Shown here: positions 42,315 to 51,960 of the stretch, one piece after another
Layout: each line of letters begins with the position of its first letter
How positions within the stretch are numbered: position 1 is the first letter of the stretch
Assembly (NCBI GenBank): GCA_965202985.1
Contig: CBDBCF010000001.1
Coordinates: 1,408,001-1,472,000, forward strand
Source: Longimicrobiales bacterium
GTDB taxonomy: Bacteria > Gemmatimonadota > Gemmatimonadetes > Longimicrobiales > Gaopeijiaceae
Length of the DNA: 64,000 nucleotides
Direction: 5' to 3'
The notes under the pieces: generated by a model
Databases searched by the model: none
What the model was told of the DNA's origin: nothing
Seen by the model: the letters and a program-made list of their open reading frames with translations, nothing else
Translations under genes and position numbers: made by a program

Positions 42315-43754
42315 ATGTCCAATCGACGCCACGCGACCAGCAAGCCGTCGACAATGATCGTCCTCCTGCTGCTCGGGGTCCTGGAGATCGCGTTGCTGGC
42401 GGCGTTCGGCTGGTCCGACGGACTGGCCATGCCCCTGCCGCGCCTGCTGCTGCCCGCCGGCGCCTTCCTTTGCTACGGAGTTGCCGGTTGCGGCTTGATC
42501 CGGTTGCGCGGGGCCGGCAGCGGGCGAGCCGCCTTGGTCGTGGTGTGGGGAACGGGGGTCGCGGCCCGGCTGGCCCTCCTTCCCTTGGCCCCGGAACTGT
42601 CGGACGACGTCTACCGCTACCTATGGGACGGTCACGTCCTTGCCCACGGCGTCAACCCCTATGTCCACGCCCCCGACGCCCCCGCGCTGGCGGACCTGCG
42701 GACCCCGTGGCACGGGCTCGTCAACCACCCCGGCGTGCCCACGATCTATCCACCGCTGGCCCAAGCTCTCTTTGTGGTCGTCGCCGCGGCAGGGAGCGCA
42801 ACCGTTCTTGCGGCGAAGGGCCTGTGGCTGATCATGGACTTGGCTTGCGCGTTCGTCCTTCAGCGCGCGGCGGCCCGATCGGGCCGGCGGCCTGGCCCCG
42901 TCCTGCTGCTCTATCTGTGGTCGCCGCTCCTGGTCGTGGAGACGGCCTGGAGCGCCCACCTGGAAGCGGCAGGCCTTCTCGTCCTTTCGGCCCTTCTTTG
43001 GATGGACGCCCCACGGCCGCGGGAGGGCTCGGCCGGCGGCCGAGCCGCGGCGGTCGGCGCGCTCTTGGCCGCGGGAACCCTGGTCAAGCTTGCCCCGGCC
43101 GCGCTGCTCCCACCGATGGCGCGTCGCCACGGCATCCGCACGGCAGCCGTCTTCGTGCTTGCGTGCGGCGTCGGCTACGCTCCCTTTGCCGGCGCGGGCT
43201 TCGGGCCCCTCACGCAGGGCCTGCGGACCTACGCCGAGCACTGGTCGGCCAATACGGGGGCCTTCGCACTAGTCGAGGCCGTGGCCGGCGGCCCCGTGGC
43301 CGGCCGGATCGCGGCGGCCTTGCTGGTTCTGGGCGTCGCCGTCCTTGCCGCCTGGCGCCGCTTCTCGGCCGCGCGCGCCATGCTGTGGACCTTTGGAGCG
43401 GGTCTGCTCCTCTCGCCAACGGTGCATCCGTGGTACGTGCTCTGGATCCTGCCCGTGGCCGCCCTTCAACGTTCCCGGCCTTTCTTGCTGCTGAGCGGGC
43501 TGGTGTTCCTCGGCTATTGGGGCCTCGACGCCTACCAATCCACCGGCGTCTGGCATCAGCCGGCCTGGACCCGCGCCGCCGTCTGGCTGCCGGTCTGGAG
43601 CTTGCTCGGATGGGACGCGTGGGAGTGGGCGAAGCGCCGTCGCGCGGGAAGTCGCCGTTCGGACGAACGCGCCCGGCGCCCCGCGGGCCGCCCCAGGGCC
43701 AACGACAGGTGCCCAGTTGCGAAGAGGGCGACGAACGGGAGCGACGCCCAGTAG
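42315..43754 (+). CDS. GT-C membrane glycosyltransferase (GT87/DUF2029-like)
   Basis: LSDDVYRYLWDG, VNHPGVPTIYPP, YLWSPL, AHLE, LSPTVHPWY; many TM helices. Confidence 0.85.
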   Translation: MSNRRHATSKPSTMIVLLLLGVLEIALLAAFGWSDGLAMPLPRLLLPAGAFLCYGVAGCGLIRLRGAGSGRAALVVVWGTGVAARLALLPLAPELSDDVYRYLWDGHVLAHGVNPYVHAPDAPALADLRTPWHGLVNHPGVPTIYPPLAQALFVVVAAAGSATVLAAKGLWLIMDLACAFVLQRAAARSGRRPGPVLLLYLWSPLLVVETAWSAHLEAAGLLVLSALLWMDAPRPREGSAGGRAAAVGALLAAGTLVKLAPAALLPPMARRHGIRTAAVFVLACGVGYAPFAGAGFGPLTQGLRTYAEHWSANTGAFALVEAVAGGPVAGRIAAALLVLGVAVLAAWRRFSAARAMLWTFGAGLLLSPTVHPWYVLWILPVAALQRSRPFLLLSGLVFLGYWGLDAYQSTGVWHQPAWTRAAVWLPVWSLLGWDAWEWAKRRRAGSRRSDERARRPAGRPRANDRCPVAKRATNGSDAQ

Positions 43755-45175
43755 CCTTCGGCCAGCGCGACCCCGCCCGAAAGCACCATGAACGCCCCAG
43801 CGGTCAGCGCCGCCCCCCGTCCCTTGAACCCGCCCGTTGGTCTTTCGTAGCAGTCGGACCGCCGCAAGCCGCCGCGCTTCGGCGTGCGTTCGAAGGGGTC
43901 GCGACGACGACTCCGCAGCCCCCGCAATACCGCTCGCGACAGCGGCAGCGACAGTCCCGCGCCCAGGGCCAGCGCACCAGCGGCGCCTCGGGCGGCCGCC
44001 CCCCAGCGCCGCCCTCGCTTCCGCGCCGCGGCCAAGTAGAAGACGGCAAACGGCCCCACCGCCGCCAAGAAGACGGCCGCGTCCAGCCACCAAAGGCGGT
44101 CCAGCCCAAGATGGCGGCGAGCCGCAGCCGCCGGAACGATCAGGACCGAAAGCGCCACGGCCAGCGGATGGGCAAAGTGACCGCACAGGTGCGCGACCGC
44201 GTCCAGCTTGACGGACGCCGAAGACGACCCGCGCAACAGGCGGGGCAACAGCTTTCGCGCAGTCTGAACGCCGCCTTGCGCCCACCTGCGCTGCTGCACC
44301 AGAAGCGCGCCCGCCGTGGGCGGAAGCTCGGCGGGAACGCCCTCGTCCTCTCGGAAGACGAACCGCCAGCCCGCCATCTGGGCCCGGTAACTGACGTCCA
44401 GGTCTTCGGTGAGCGTGTCGCATTGCCACCCGCCCGCGTCGGTCAGCGCCCGGCGCCGCCACAGTCCCGCCGTCCCGTTGAAGTTGAAGAAGCGCCCGCC
44501 GCGGTAGCGCCCGCCTTGCTCGACGAAGAAGTGCCCGTCCAGGAGGACGGCTTGGGATCGCGCCAGCCGACAGTGTCGGTCGTTCAGATGATCCCAGCGG
44601 GCCTGCACCATGCCCACGCCGGGGTCGGCCATCGACGAAAGAAGCGTGGTCAGGAGGTTCCGTCCGGGCACGAAGTCCGCGTCCAAAACCAGCACGAACT
44701 CGCCGTCGGCCCGCTCAAGTCCCGCGGCCAGCGCCCCGGCCTTGAATCCGTCCCGCCGCTCCCGGTGCAGGACCGACACGTCCACGCCCGCGCACCTCCA
44801 ACTGCGCGCCCGGCGCTGCGCCAGTGCGGTCGTCTGGTCGGTGGAGTCGTCCAGGACCTGGACCTGCAGTCGGTCGCGGGGGTAGGACAGGCGGCAGGCC
44901 GCGTCGATGGCACGCTCCACGACGTGCACCTCGTTGAACACCGGGAGCTGGACGGTCACGCGGGGCCAAGCGCGGGCAAGCCTCGGAACGCCCCGCCCCG
45001 AGAGCGCGACGTTGGACGCCGCGGCGACGGGCACACCGGGCGCGAAGGGCAAGTCGCCCGCGGGCCGGGGCCGGCGCGAAAGTCGCAACAAGTGGACTCG
45101 GTGGCCGGCGAGCGGGAGCAAGAGGGCCAACACGGCGCCGTGGAGAACGACGACGGCCAAGGCCAAGGCGCTCAC
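43556..45175 (-). CDS. Cellulose-synthase-like (CslA/glucomannan synthase-like) GT2
   Basis: VTVQLPVFNE, VLDDSTD, GFKAGAL, LDADF, FNFNGTAG, TLTEDLD, QQRRWAQG. GTG overlaps the pgeF stop. Confidence 0.92.
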   Translation of the reverse strand: MSALALAVVVLHGAVLALLLPLAGHRVHLLRLSRRPRPAGDLPFAPGVPVAAASNVALSGRGVPRLARAWPRVTVQLPVFNEVHVVERAIDAACRLSYPRDRLQVQVLDDSTDQTTALAQRRARSWRCAGVDVSVLHRERRDGFKAGALAAGLERADGEFVLVLDADFVPGRNLLTTLLSSMADPGVGMVQARWDHLNDRHCRLARSQAVLLDGHFFVEQGGRYRGGRFFNFNGTAGLWRRRALTDAGGWQCDTLTEDLDVSYRAQMAGWRFVFREDEGVPAELPPTAGALLVQQRRWAQGGVQTARKLLPRLLRGSSSASVKLDAVAHLCGHFAHPLAVALSVLIVPAAAARRHLGLDRLWWLDAAVFLAAVGPFAVFYLAAARKRGRRWGAAARGAAGALALGAGLSLPLSRAVLRGLRSRRRDPFERTPKRGGLRRSDCYERPTGGFKGRGAALTAGAFMVLSGGVALAEGYWASLPFVALFATGHLSLALGRPAGRRARSSERRLPARRRFAHSHASHPSKLQTGSQTAARVQAG

Positions 45176-46185
45176 GCTGGGCGACCGCCGGGTTCCGAGC
45201 CAGCTTCGAACCCCGGGCAACGGATCACCGGCAACCTCGGGTACTTCCGGTAGGTCGGGTCGGAGCGGTGTCGCCGACACAGCCGAAAGACGCTCCCCCG
45301 CGCCGTCTCCACGCGCCGGGCCCATACGCACCTGCGGCAAAGCCCGACGGCGTCGCCCGGCCACGCAACTTTTGCGCCCGAGCGTTCGGTGGGGCGACCA
45401 GACTCGGCGGGGCAGCCCTCGCGCGGCAGGATGCCCACGTAGGCCAAGTGGCGGCCTCTGTCGCCGCGTCGATGCGAGTAGTAGGGGTGGCCGGATTCGC
45501 ACCGGGTGCACTCTGGGCTGACGGAGACGTCGCCGGGGACGACGCCGGAAGACGCCGCTCGGCGAAGAAGAACCGCGCGCAGGTCCAAGGGTGCCGGGCT
45601 CGCCGCCGTCGGTTGTCCCAAGGCCGAAAACACGTCGGACCCGACTTCGTAGCAGCGCCCGCAGATCGACGGCCCAAGGTGCACCGACAGGTTCTTTGGC
45701 TGGCTCCCAAAGGTTTCGGCCATTGCGGCCAACCCCGACTCCAGCACGCCAGCCGCGGTCCCGCGCCAGCCTGCGTGAAGGAGCGCCACCGCTCGTCGCG
45801 ACGGGTCGGCCACGAAGACGGGCACGCAGTCGGCCAGGGTCACCGCCAGCAGCAGGCCCGGCGCGCGGGTCGCGTGTCCGTCGCAGTCGCCAGCCAGCAC
45901 GAACCCGTCAGGCGCAGTCTCGTGCACGCGCACTCGCCGGCCGTGCACTTGGCGGCTGCGCAGCACGGAGCGCCACGGCCGCCCGCCGTCCAGCCGTCCC
46001 ACGGCGTGGGCGGAGATGTCGGCCCCGGCCCAGCGAGCGGTTTCGGGACCGGCGTGGTCTTGCGGACCCGGGCTGCGCGGTCGGCGGGTCGTCCCGGCCC
46101 GCAGCCAGGGAAACGCGGCGCGCCATCCGGGCACGGGCGTGGTCTCGCCGGCGACGGACACGGTGGAACGAGGGGCGTTGGGCAC
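45172..46185 (-). CDS. pgeF: PgeF/YfiH laccase-domain protein fused to a C-terminal four-Cys domain (start uncertain: 46185 or 46161)
   Basis: QVHG, TLADCVPV, LHAGWRG, LGPSICGRCYEVG, CTRC...YSHRR; then GLCRRC...FRLC...KYPRLPVIRCPGFE. Confidence 0.85.
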   Translation of the reverse strand: MPNAPRSTVSVAGETTPVPGWRAAFPWLRAGTTRRPRSPGPQDHAGPETARWAGADISAHAVGRLDGGRPWRSVLRSRQVHGRRVRVHETAPDGFVLAGDCDGHATRAPGLLLAVTLADCVPVFVADPSRRAVALLHAGWRGTAAGVLESGLAAMAETFGSQPKNLSVHLGPSICGRCYEVGSDVFSALGQPTAASPAPLDLRAVLLRRAASSGVVPGDVSVSPECTRCESGHPYYSHRRGDRGRHLAYVGILPREGCPAESGRPTERSGAKVAWPGDAVGLCRRCVWARRVETARGSVFRLCRRHRSDPTYRKYPRLPVIRCPGFEAGSEPGGRPA

Positions 46186-46277
46186 GTTGGGAAGCTTGTT
46201 TGCCTTTGGGCGAAGGCGGGCGAGGGCTTGTCGGTGTTGGGCGAAACGTCGTCGAACAAAGTAGATTGGTCGCCACG

Positions 46278-49220
46278 ATGAGCGAGACTTGGTTCGACAG
46301 CCAGAACGCGGCGTACGTGCAGGCGCTGTACGAAGACTACGCCCGCAACCCCGAGTCCGTGCACCCCGCGTGGCGAGACTTCTTCGACCGCGACGAAGCC
46401 GAACTGCACCGGGCCGGCCTTTTCGGAGCCGACGGACGACCACGGCGCACGGCGACCGCAGGCAACTTTGCGCCGGCCCAGCCGGCCCCCGCCGTTGCGG
46501 CCCCGACACCGGTCGTCCCTGCGCCGCCGCTCGCCCCGCCCCACCTGCCGAACCCGTCCCGTCCGCCGGAAGTCGCCCCGCCTACCGAGCCCGTCCCGCC
46601 CGCCGAGAGCCGTCCCGCGCCCGCCCCCGACCGGCGCCTGATGACCCTCGTTGCCCGAGGCGCCAACCTCCTGCAGGCCTTCCGTGAACACGGCCACCAA
46701 GCCGCCCGCATCGATCCCCTGGGAAGCAACCCGCCCGGTCACCCGCAGCTGGACCCGGCCTACTTCGGCACCACGATGGAAGAGCTTGAGGCCATCCCGG
46801 CCTCGGTTCTCTTCCCGGAAGAAGGCGACGCCCCGCTGGCCAACACCCTCGACCGCCTCAAGTCGACCTACAGCGGCGCGCTGGGCTACGAGTTCGAGCA
46901 CCTGGAGGACCCGGCCAAGGTGGAGTGGCTGTGGGCGCAAGTGGAGAAGGGCGCCCACTATGCCGGCATCGACAACGCCGACCGTCGCTGGGCGCTGGAC
47001 CGGCTGACGCAGGTCGAAGGCCTGGAGCAGTTCCTTCATCGGACCTACCAGGGACAGAAGCGCTTCTCGATCGAAGGCACCGACATGATGGTGCCGATGC
47101 TCGACGAGGCCATCGAACAGGCCGCGGCCGACGGCGCCACCGACGTGGTGATCGGCATGGCCCATCGTGGCCGTCTAAACGTCCTGGCCCACATCTTGGC
47201 GGTCTCCTACGACGAACTGCTGGGCGCCTTCGAGGGCCAGACCACACCCCAGGGCGCGTTGTGGATCCGCGACCCCGGCACCGGCGATGTCAAGTACCAC
47301 CACGGAGCCACGGGCGACTACGCGCTGCGCTCCGGCGACACCGTCCGCATCACGCTGGCGCCCAACCCCAGCCACTTGGAGTACGTCAACCCGGTCGTCC
47401 TGGGGATGGCTCGGACGCACCAGTACGCCGACGACAACGGCGCCACGGACCGCCGCCCCGAGCGGGTCGTGCCCATCCTGATCCACGGCGACGCGGCGTT
47501 CGCCGCCGAGGGCGTGGTGGCCGAGACCCTCAACTTGGCGCGCCTGCGCGGGTACGAAGTGGGCGGCGCCGTGCACGTCATCGCCAACAACCAGGTCGGC
47601 TTCACCACCGACCCCGAGGACGGTCGCTCCACGCGCTACGCCAGCGATCTGGCCAAGGGCTACGACATTCCGGTCATCCACGCCAATGCGGACTCGCCGG
47701 AGGACTGCTTGGCCGCCGTGCGTCTGGCGATGGCGTACCGGGCCAAGTTCCGCGACGACACGGTGATCGACTTGGTGGGCTACCGGCGTCACGGCCACAA
47801 CGAAGGCGACGAACCGGCGTACACGCAGCCCAAGCTCTACGCCAAGATCCGCAAGCATCCGACGGCTCGGGCGCGCTGGGCGGACCGCTTGGCCGAGCGA
47901 GGCGTGGTCGCGCCCGAAGAAGCGCAAGCCAGCGCCCGGAAGGTGGACGACGAGTTGCGGGAAATCCTGGACCGCCGCCGCGCCGCCGCCCGGAACGAAA
48001 CCGCCATGCCGTGGAGCCACCCGGACTTCGGCGCCGTGGAGCAGGGGCTGGACCCGCACACGCCCGTGGAGTTCGACCGCCTGGAGGAACTCAACCGCAA
48101 GCTGCTGGACTACCCGGAAGGGTTCGCCGTCCATCCGAAGCTGGCCCGGCAGCTGGCCCGTCGCGGCCAGGAGTTCGGTCTCGACTTCATGCTCAACTGG
48201 GGGCACGCCGAAGCCCTGGGCATTGCCAGCCTGCTGGACGACGGCATCCCCGTCCGGCTGTCCGGCCAAGACGCCGAGCGCGGCACCTTCAGCCACCGCC
48301 ACTTCGTACTCCACGATGCCCAGACGGGGGTCGAGCACGTGCCGATGGCCCATGTAGGCGACACGCGCTTCGAGGTGTACAACTCGCCGCTGACCGAGGC
48401 CGCCGTCGTAGGGTTCGAGTACGGCGTGGCCGTGGCGGCGGACCGGGACCTCGTGATCTGGGAAGCCCAGTTCGGCGACTTCGCCAACGTGGCCCAGGTC
48501 ATGATCGACCAGTTCCTGTCGGCGGGCTGGGCCAAGTGGGGACAACGCTCGCGCCTCACGCTGCTGTTGCCCCACGGCTACGAAGGCATGGGACCGGAGC
48601 ACTCCAGTGCTCGCCTGGAACGCTTTCTGCAGCTGTGCGCGGAAGACAACATGAGGGTCGTCTACCCCACCACGCCGGCGCAGATCTTCCACTTGCTGCG
48701 GGTGCAGGCCATGAGCGAACCCGAGCGGCCGCTGGTGGTCATGTCGCCGAAGAGCCTGCTGCGCCACCCCAAAGCCACTTCGCCCGTGCGCGACTTGGTT
48801 GACGGCACCTTCCAGCGCGTCATCGACGACCCCGACGTGGACCACGCCGACGCGGAGCGCATACGACGGCTGGTCGTGTGCACCGGCAAGGTCTACTACG
48901 ACTTGGCGGGCTCCGACATGCGCGCCCAAGCCGACACGACAGCCATCGCCCGAATCGAAGCCCTCTACCCCTTCCCCGACGACGAAGTCCGCGCCCTGGA
49001 CGATCGCTACCCCAACCTTGAGACGGTCATCTGGACGCAGGAAGAGCCCGAGAACATGGGCGCGCTTCCGTACGTCGGCCCCCGCCTGCACCGAGCCCTG
49101 CCCACCTCCGTCAAGCTGGTGCACGTGACGCGCCCCGAGCGCGCCAGCCCTGCCGAAGGCAACATGAAGGACCACGCCCGAGAACAGCAACGCATCGCGA
49201 AACGGGCGCTGGGGGCGTAG
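46278..49220 (+). CDS. sucA: 2-oxoglutarate dehydrogenase E1 component
   Basis: NAAYVQALYEDY, GQKRFSIEG, GMAHRGRLN, GDVKYH, HGDAAF, YRRHGHNEGD, SGQD, WEAQFGDF, GPEHSSARLERFLQ. Confidence 0.97.
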   Translation: MSETWFDSQNAAYVQALYEDYARNPESVHPAWRDFFDRDEAELHRAGLFGADGRPRRTATAGNFAPAQPAPAVAAPTPVVPAPPLAPPHLPNPSRPPEVAPPTEPVPPAESRPAPAPDRRLMTLVARGANLLQAFREHGHQAARIDPLGSNPPGHPQLDPAYFGTTMEELEAIPASVLFPEEGDAPLANTLDRLKSTYSGALGYEFEHLEDPAKVEWLWAQVEKGAHYAGIDNADRRWALDRLTQVEGLEQFLHRTYQGQKRFSIEGTDMMVPMLDEAIEQAAADGATDVVIGMAHRGRLNVLAHILAVSYDELLGAFEGQTTPQGALWIRDPGTGDVKYHHGATGDYALRSGDTVRITLAPNPSHLEYVNPVVLGMARTHQYADDNGATDRRPERVVPILIHGDAAFAAEGVVAETLNLARLRGYEVGGAVHVIANNQVGFTTDPEDGRSTRYASDLAKGYDIPVIHANADSPEDCLAAVRLAMAYRAKFRDDTVIDLVGYRRHGHNEGDEPAYTQPKLYAKIRKHPTARARWADRLAERGVVAPEEAQASARKVDDELREILDRRRAAARNETAMPWSHPDFGAVEQGLDPHTPVEFDRLEELNRKLLDYPEGFAVHPKLARQLARRGQEFGLDFMLNWGHAEALGIASLLDDGIPVRLSGQDAERGTFSHRHFVLHDAQTGVEHVPMAHVGDTRFEVYNSPLTEAAVVGFEYGVAVAADRDLVIWEAQFGDFANVAQVMIDQFLSAGWAKWGQRSRLTLLLPHGYEGMGPEHSSARLERFLQLCAEDNMRVVYPTTPAQIFHLLRVQAMSEPERPLVVMSPKSLLRHPKATSPVRDLVDGTFQRVIDDPDVDHADAERIRRLVVCTGKVYYDLAGSDMRAQADTTAIARIEALYPFPDDEVRALDDRYPNLETVIWTQEEPENMGALPYVGPRLHRALPTSVKLVHVTRPERASPAEGNMKDHAREQQRIAKRALGA

Positions 49221-49251
49221 CGCAGGGCCGAAAGGGCCGCAGGGTCGCGTC

Positions 49252-49296
49252 CCGACTTGCAAGTCGGCCGGCCTATGTCTTCGGCCGGCCTATGTC
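49252..49296. repeat. Perfect 16-bp palindrome plus overlapping short tandem duplication
   Basis: CCGACTTGCAAGTCGG at 49252-49267; TCGGCCGGCCTATGTC at 49264-49279 and 49281-49296. Confidence 0.7.
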
Positions 49297-49830
49297 CGGT
49301 CGCCTGGAAGGTACCCCCAGCGGGTCATTGCGGCGCCGTGCCGTTCGACGATCTGGTCGACTTGGGCATGCGAAAGGTGCCGGCACCAGTCGTCCTGGCG
49401 GCCCGAGCGGAAAACTGCACCCCCGTCCGAAGAACAAGAAAGCCGACCTCTTCTTCCTCGGCAACCGATCGAAGCTGGAGAAGGCCACGGCGCGGCGCAG
49501 CCGCTCTTCGTCGTTGTCTCCGTCCAGCCCCAGAAACCCGGCCATTCCTGCCAGCTGGCCCACCGGGTCGGCCGGCGTGTCTTCGTAGCGCATGGCCAGG
49601 ACGGGGAACGGCGCGTCCAACCAGCTTGCTACATGGCTGGACCAGTCGATCGGCTTCTCCGGCACGCGGAACCGGGCCGTCCGCATACGCATTGGGGCCG
49701 TTGACGAACGCAACGCCTGCATCCATGTCTCCGGAGGCGCGGAAGAACGCCCACGAGACCGCAACGTCCAGAGGGTTGTGGATCAAGTACAGAGCACCGG
49801 CGGTCACTTCGTCCAGGAACAGCTCGGCCG
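49290..49830 (-). pseudogene. Sulfotransferase (Sulfotransfer_1-like) 3' remnant, frameshifted
   Basis: Across frames: ALYLIHNPLDVAVSW (3'-PAPS site), DWSSHVASW...RYED, LRRAVAFSSFDRL, RSGRQDDW...QVDQIVERHGAAMTRWGY*. The N-terminal 5'-PSB loop is missing. Confidence 0.8.
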
Positions 49831-49834
49831 GCCA

Positions 49835-50385
49835 ACTCAAGGCCGCCCGAATCCAGCTTCAGGTCGTCCCAACTCCAACACCAGAGCCGCTCCCGGCGTC
49901 CCGGACCGGATCAAAGATCAGGATGTCGTCGGCGAAGAAGCCGTACCCGGGGCCGGGCATCGCCGCCGCCAGCGTGGACTTGCCTTCGGCGGTGCCGCCC
50001 GAGAAGGCGTGCACATCGCCGTTGCGAGCCACGACGCTCGCATGGAGCGGGAGCAGTCCCCTGTGCAGGGCGATCGCCGGCAGTGCCGGACACGAACCGT
50101 CGGACGTCGGCCTCGGCAAGTTGGGCATCCGCCGAACCACCTTGCCCGCTCGCCTCCTTCGACGAGCAGCCGGAGTCCGCACGGCAGCCGGACCAGCTGG
50201 CGACCGGCACCGTACTCCCAGACCACGCCCTTGCTTTCGGGGTTCGGCAGCGTGTCCGGCACTTTCGCCGCGCCGAACCGTCACGTCGGCACCGCGAGTT
50301 CGCAACCAAGGCACCGCCGTCGCCTCGAGATCGAGATCGGCGTCCACGGTAAGGGGACCGCCTTGTGGTTCGTGGACGGGCGCAT
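49835..50385 (-). pseudogene. HPr-kinase-like (HprK-related serine kinase) remnant, frameshifted and 3'-truncated
   Basis: ADVTVRRG/VPDTLP, EADVRRF, ALHRGLLPLHASVV...AFSGGTAEGKSTLAAAM...FFADDI, spread over several frames. Confidence 0.78.
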
Positions 50386-50400
50386 CGGAAGCGGCCGAAC

Positions 50401-50778
50401 CTACTCCGCCTTGAACCCGCACTCCCGGTGGCCCCGTCGCAGAACGGCTTGGACGACGATGCGCCGCACCTGCACAAGGCGCCTTTGCGTCCCTGGGTCG
50501 TCGCGCCGTCTTCGCCCACGACGACCAGCGGCCCGCCCACCAGCAAAGGCCCGTTGGGCGCGCAAACGATCGCAATGGGTTCGTCGGCCGCGCCCCGGCT
50601 TTCCTCGGCGGGCACCAACCGGCCGCCCTGAACGACGCCTTCGTCGGCGAAGCCCGCCTGGTGGTGGGAGTCGTCGCAGAAGGGCTTGTCCTGCGACGCG
50701 CCGCACCGGCACAGATATGCTTCCTCTGCCTCGTGGACCGCTCCGCCGGGCAGTTCGATTCGGATCCGACCCGTCAGT
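50401..50778 (-). pseudogene. Double CDGSH iron-sulfur domain protein remnant (5'-truncated, frameshifted)
   Basis: LCRCGASQDKPFCDDSH and NGPLLV...LCRCGASSSKPFCDG[1-nt loss]HRECGFKAE*. No start codon. Confidence 0.82.
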
Positions 50779-51264
50779 TGCCGCGGTCAAGCCGCTGGAC
50801 GCGCACCGTCCGTTGCCGCCGGGGACCGATCTCGAGGCGCTGTTCGCCGCGGAAGCCGGGCCGCGACCATCCGTGGCGCAAGCAGATCCGCGAGGAGGTC
50901 GAGCGGGCGATGGCCAAGCGGGAACACCGCTTCGCCCGGCTCGCCGCTTCCGGCGCGCCGGACAGTCGCGCCGACCGCGTCTCCGCCGGAGCCCAGCGAT
51001 GAACGGATCCCCGCGCCTTGCAGCGACGAGGCCCGCCGTCTTGCCCTTCCACCAACCCCGCCCAGAGCAGCGCTGCCCGGCTCCCGCCAGCCGTTCACCG
51101 GGTCGGCGAAGCCGGGGTCCGGGGACCAGGACGTGACGATCAACGGCTGCGCAGCGAGAGTTCAGTCGCCCACCTTCTGCCGGCCACCTGGACGGCGGAA
51201 ACGAATCCAGGGGAGGACATTTCTATTGCGCCCTAACCCTGGACATTTCTATTGCGGTTTGACA
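50779..51264 (+). mobile_element. Internally deleted 3' end of an IS1202/ISNCY-type insertion sequence with right terminus
   Basis: Transposase-like scraps DAHRPLPPGTDLEALF, DHPWRK and [17 protein letters not shown]; 16-bp direct repeats GGACATTTCTATTGCG at 51215-51230 and 51241-51256; end TTTGACA at 51264. Confidence 0.75.
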
Positions 51265-51276
51265 CAAGGGGATCGG

Positions 51277-51362
51277 CGTACCGGCGGGAGATCGTCGCCC
51301 TGGTCCGCTCGGGACAGTCGCCGGAGGCCGTGGCGCGCGAGTTCGAGCCGGCGGCCGCCAAC
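51277..51362 (+). mobile_element. IS3-family OrfA (HTH) fragment
   Basis: [25 protein letters not shown] resembles the IS3 OrfA N-terminus; no start codon and no continuation. Confidence 0.7.
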
Positions 51363-51804
51363 CTACGCCCGCGGATGGGCCGCCTTGTAGACGCGGCGCA
51401 GCCGCTCCTTGGACGTATGCGTAGATCTGGGTAGTGGACAGCGATGCGTGGCCGAGGAGTTCCTTGACGGCCATGAGGTCGGCCCCGGAGTCGAGGAGAT
51501 GCGTGGCGAAGGAGTGTCGCAAGGAGTGAACCGAGAGGCCCCGCGGCGCTGGCGTAGTCGGCGAGGCTTCCCGGACGCATCGCTGGATGTAGCGCGTGGA
51601 GAGGCGGCCGCCGCGTCGGTCAGGAAGAGAGCGGATTCGCCCGGGCGCGCGAACTCCAACCGTCGGGGAAGGTAGCGCGCCAGCGCGCGGCGGACTGGGT
51701 GACGGGTGTCAGTCAGGCGCTCCTTTCGGCCCTTGCCCAGGACGCGGAGCTGGCCCCGTTCGACATCCACCGAGCCCAGGTCGAGGGAGGCCATCTCGGA
51801 CAGG
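51363..51804 (-). pseudogene. xerC: Tyrosine recombinase XerC C-terminal half, multiple frameshifts
   Basis: [68 protein letters not shown], split over frames. Confidence 0.85.
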
Positions 51805-51960
51805 CTCCTTCAAGACCGCGTCCAGCACGGCGTCCGATATCTGGTCGGCCAGCTTGTCCGGGTGGCCTTCGGTGACGGACTCGGACGTGAATAGGCGGCG
51901 GCTCTCGGAAGCCTGGCCGGAGCCACGATCTGCGGGCTGCGCAGTTCGATGGTTTCTCAT
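51805..51960 (-). pseudogene. metK: S-adenosylmethionine synthetase N-terminal fragment
   Basis: [29 protein letters not shown], then an abrupt switch into xerC sequence. Confidence 0.88.

Noticed and set aside
51363..51804. Functional integrase marking a prophage or island
   Set aside because: Truncated, frameshifted XerC-type sequence with no phage genes or att repeats visible.
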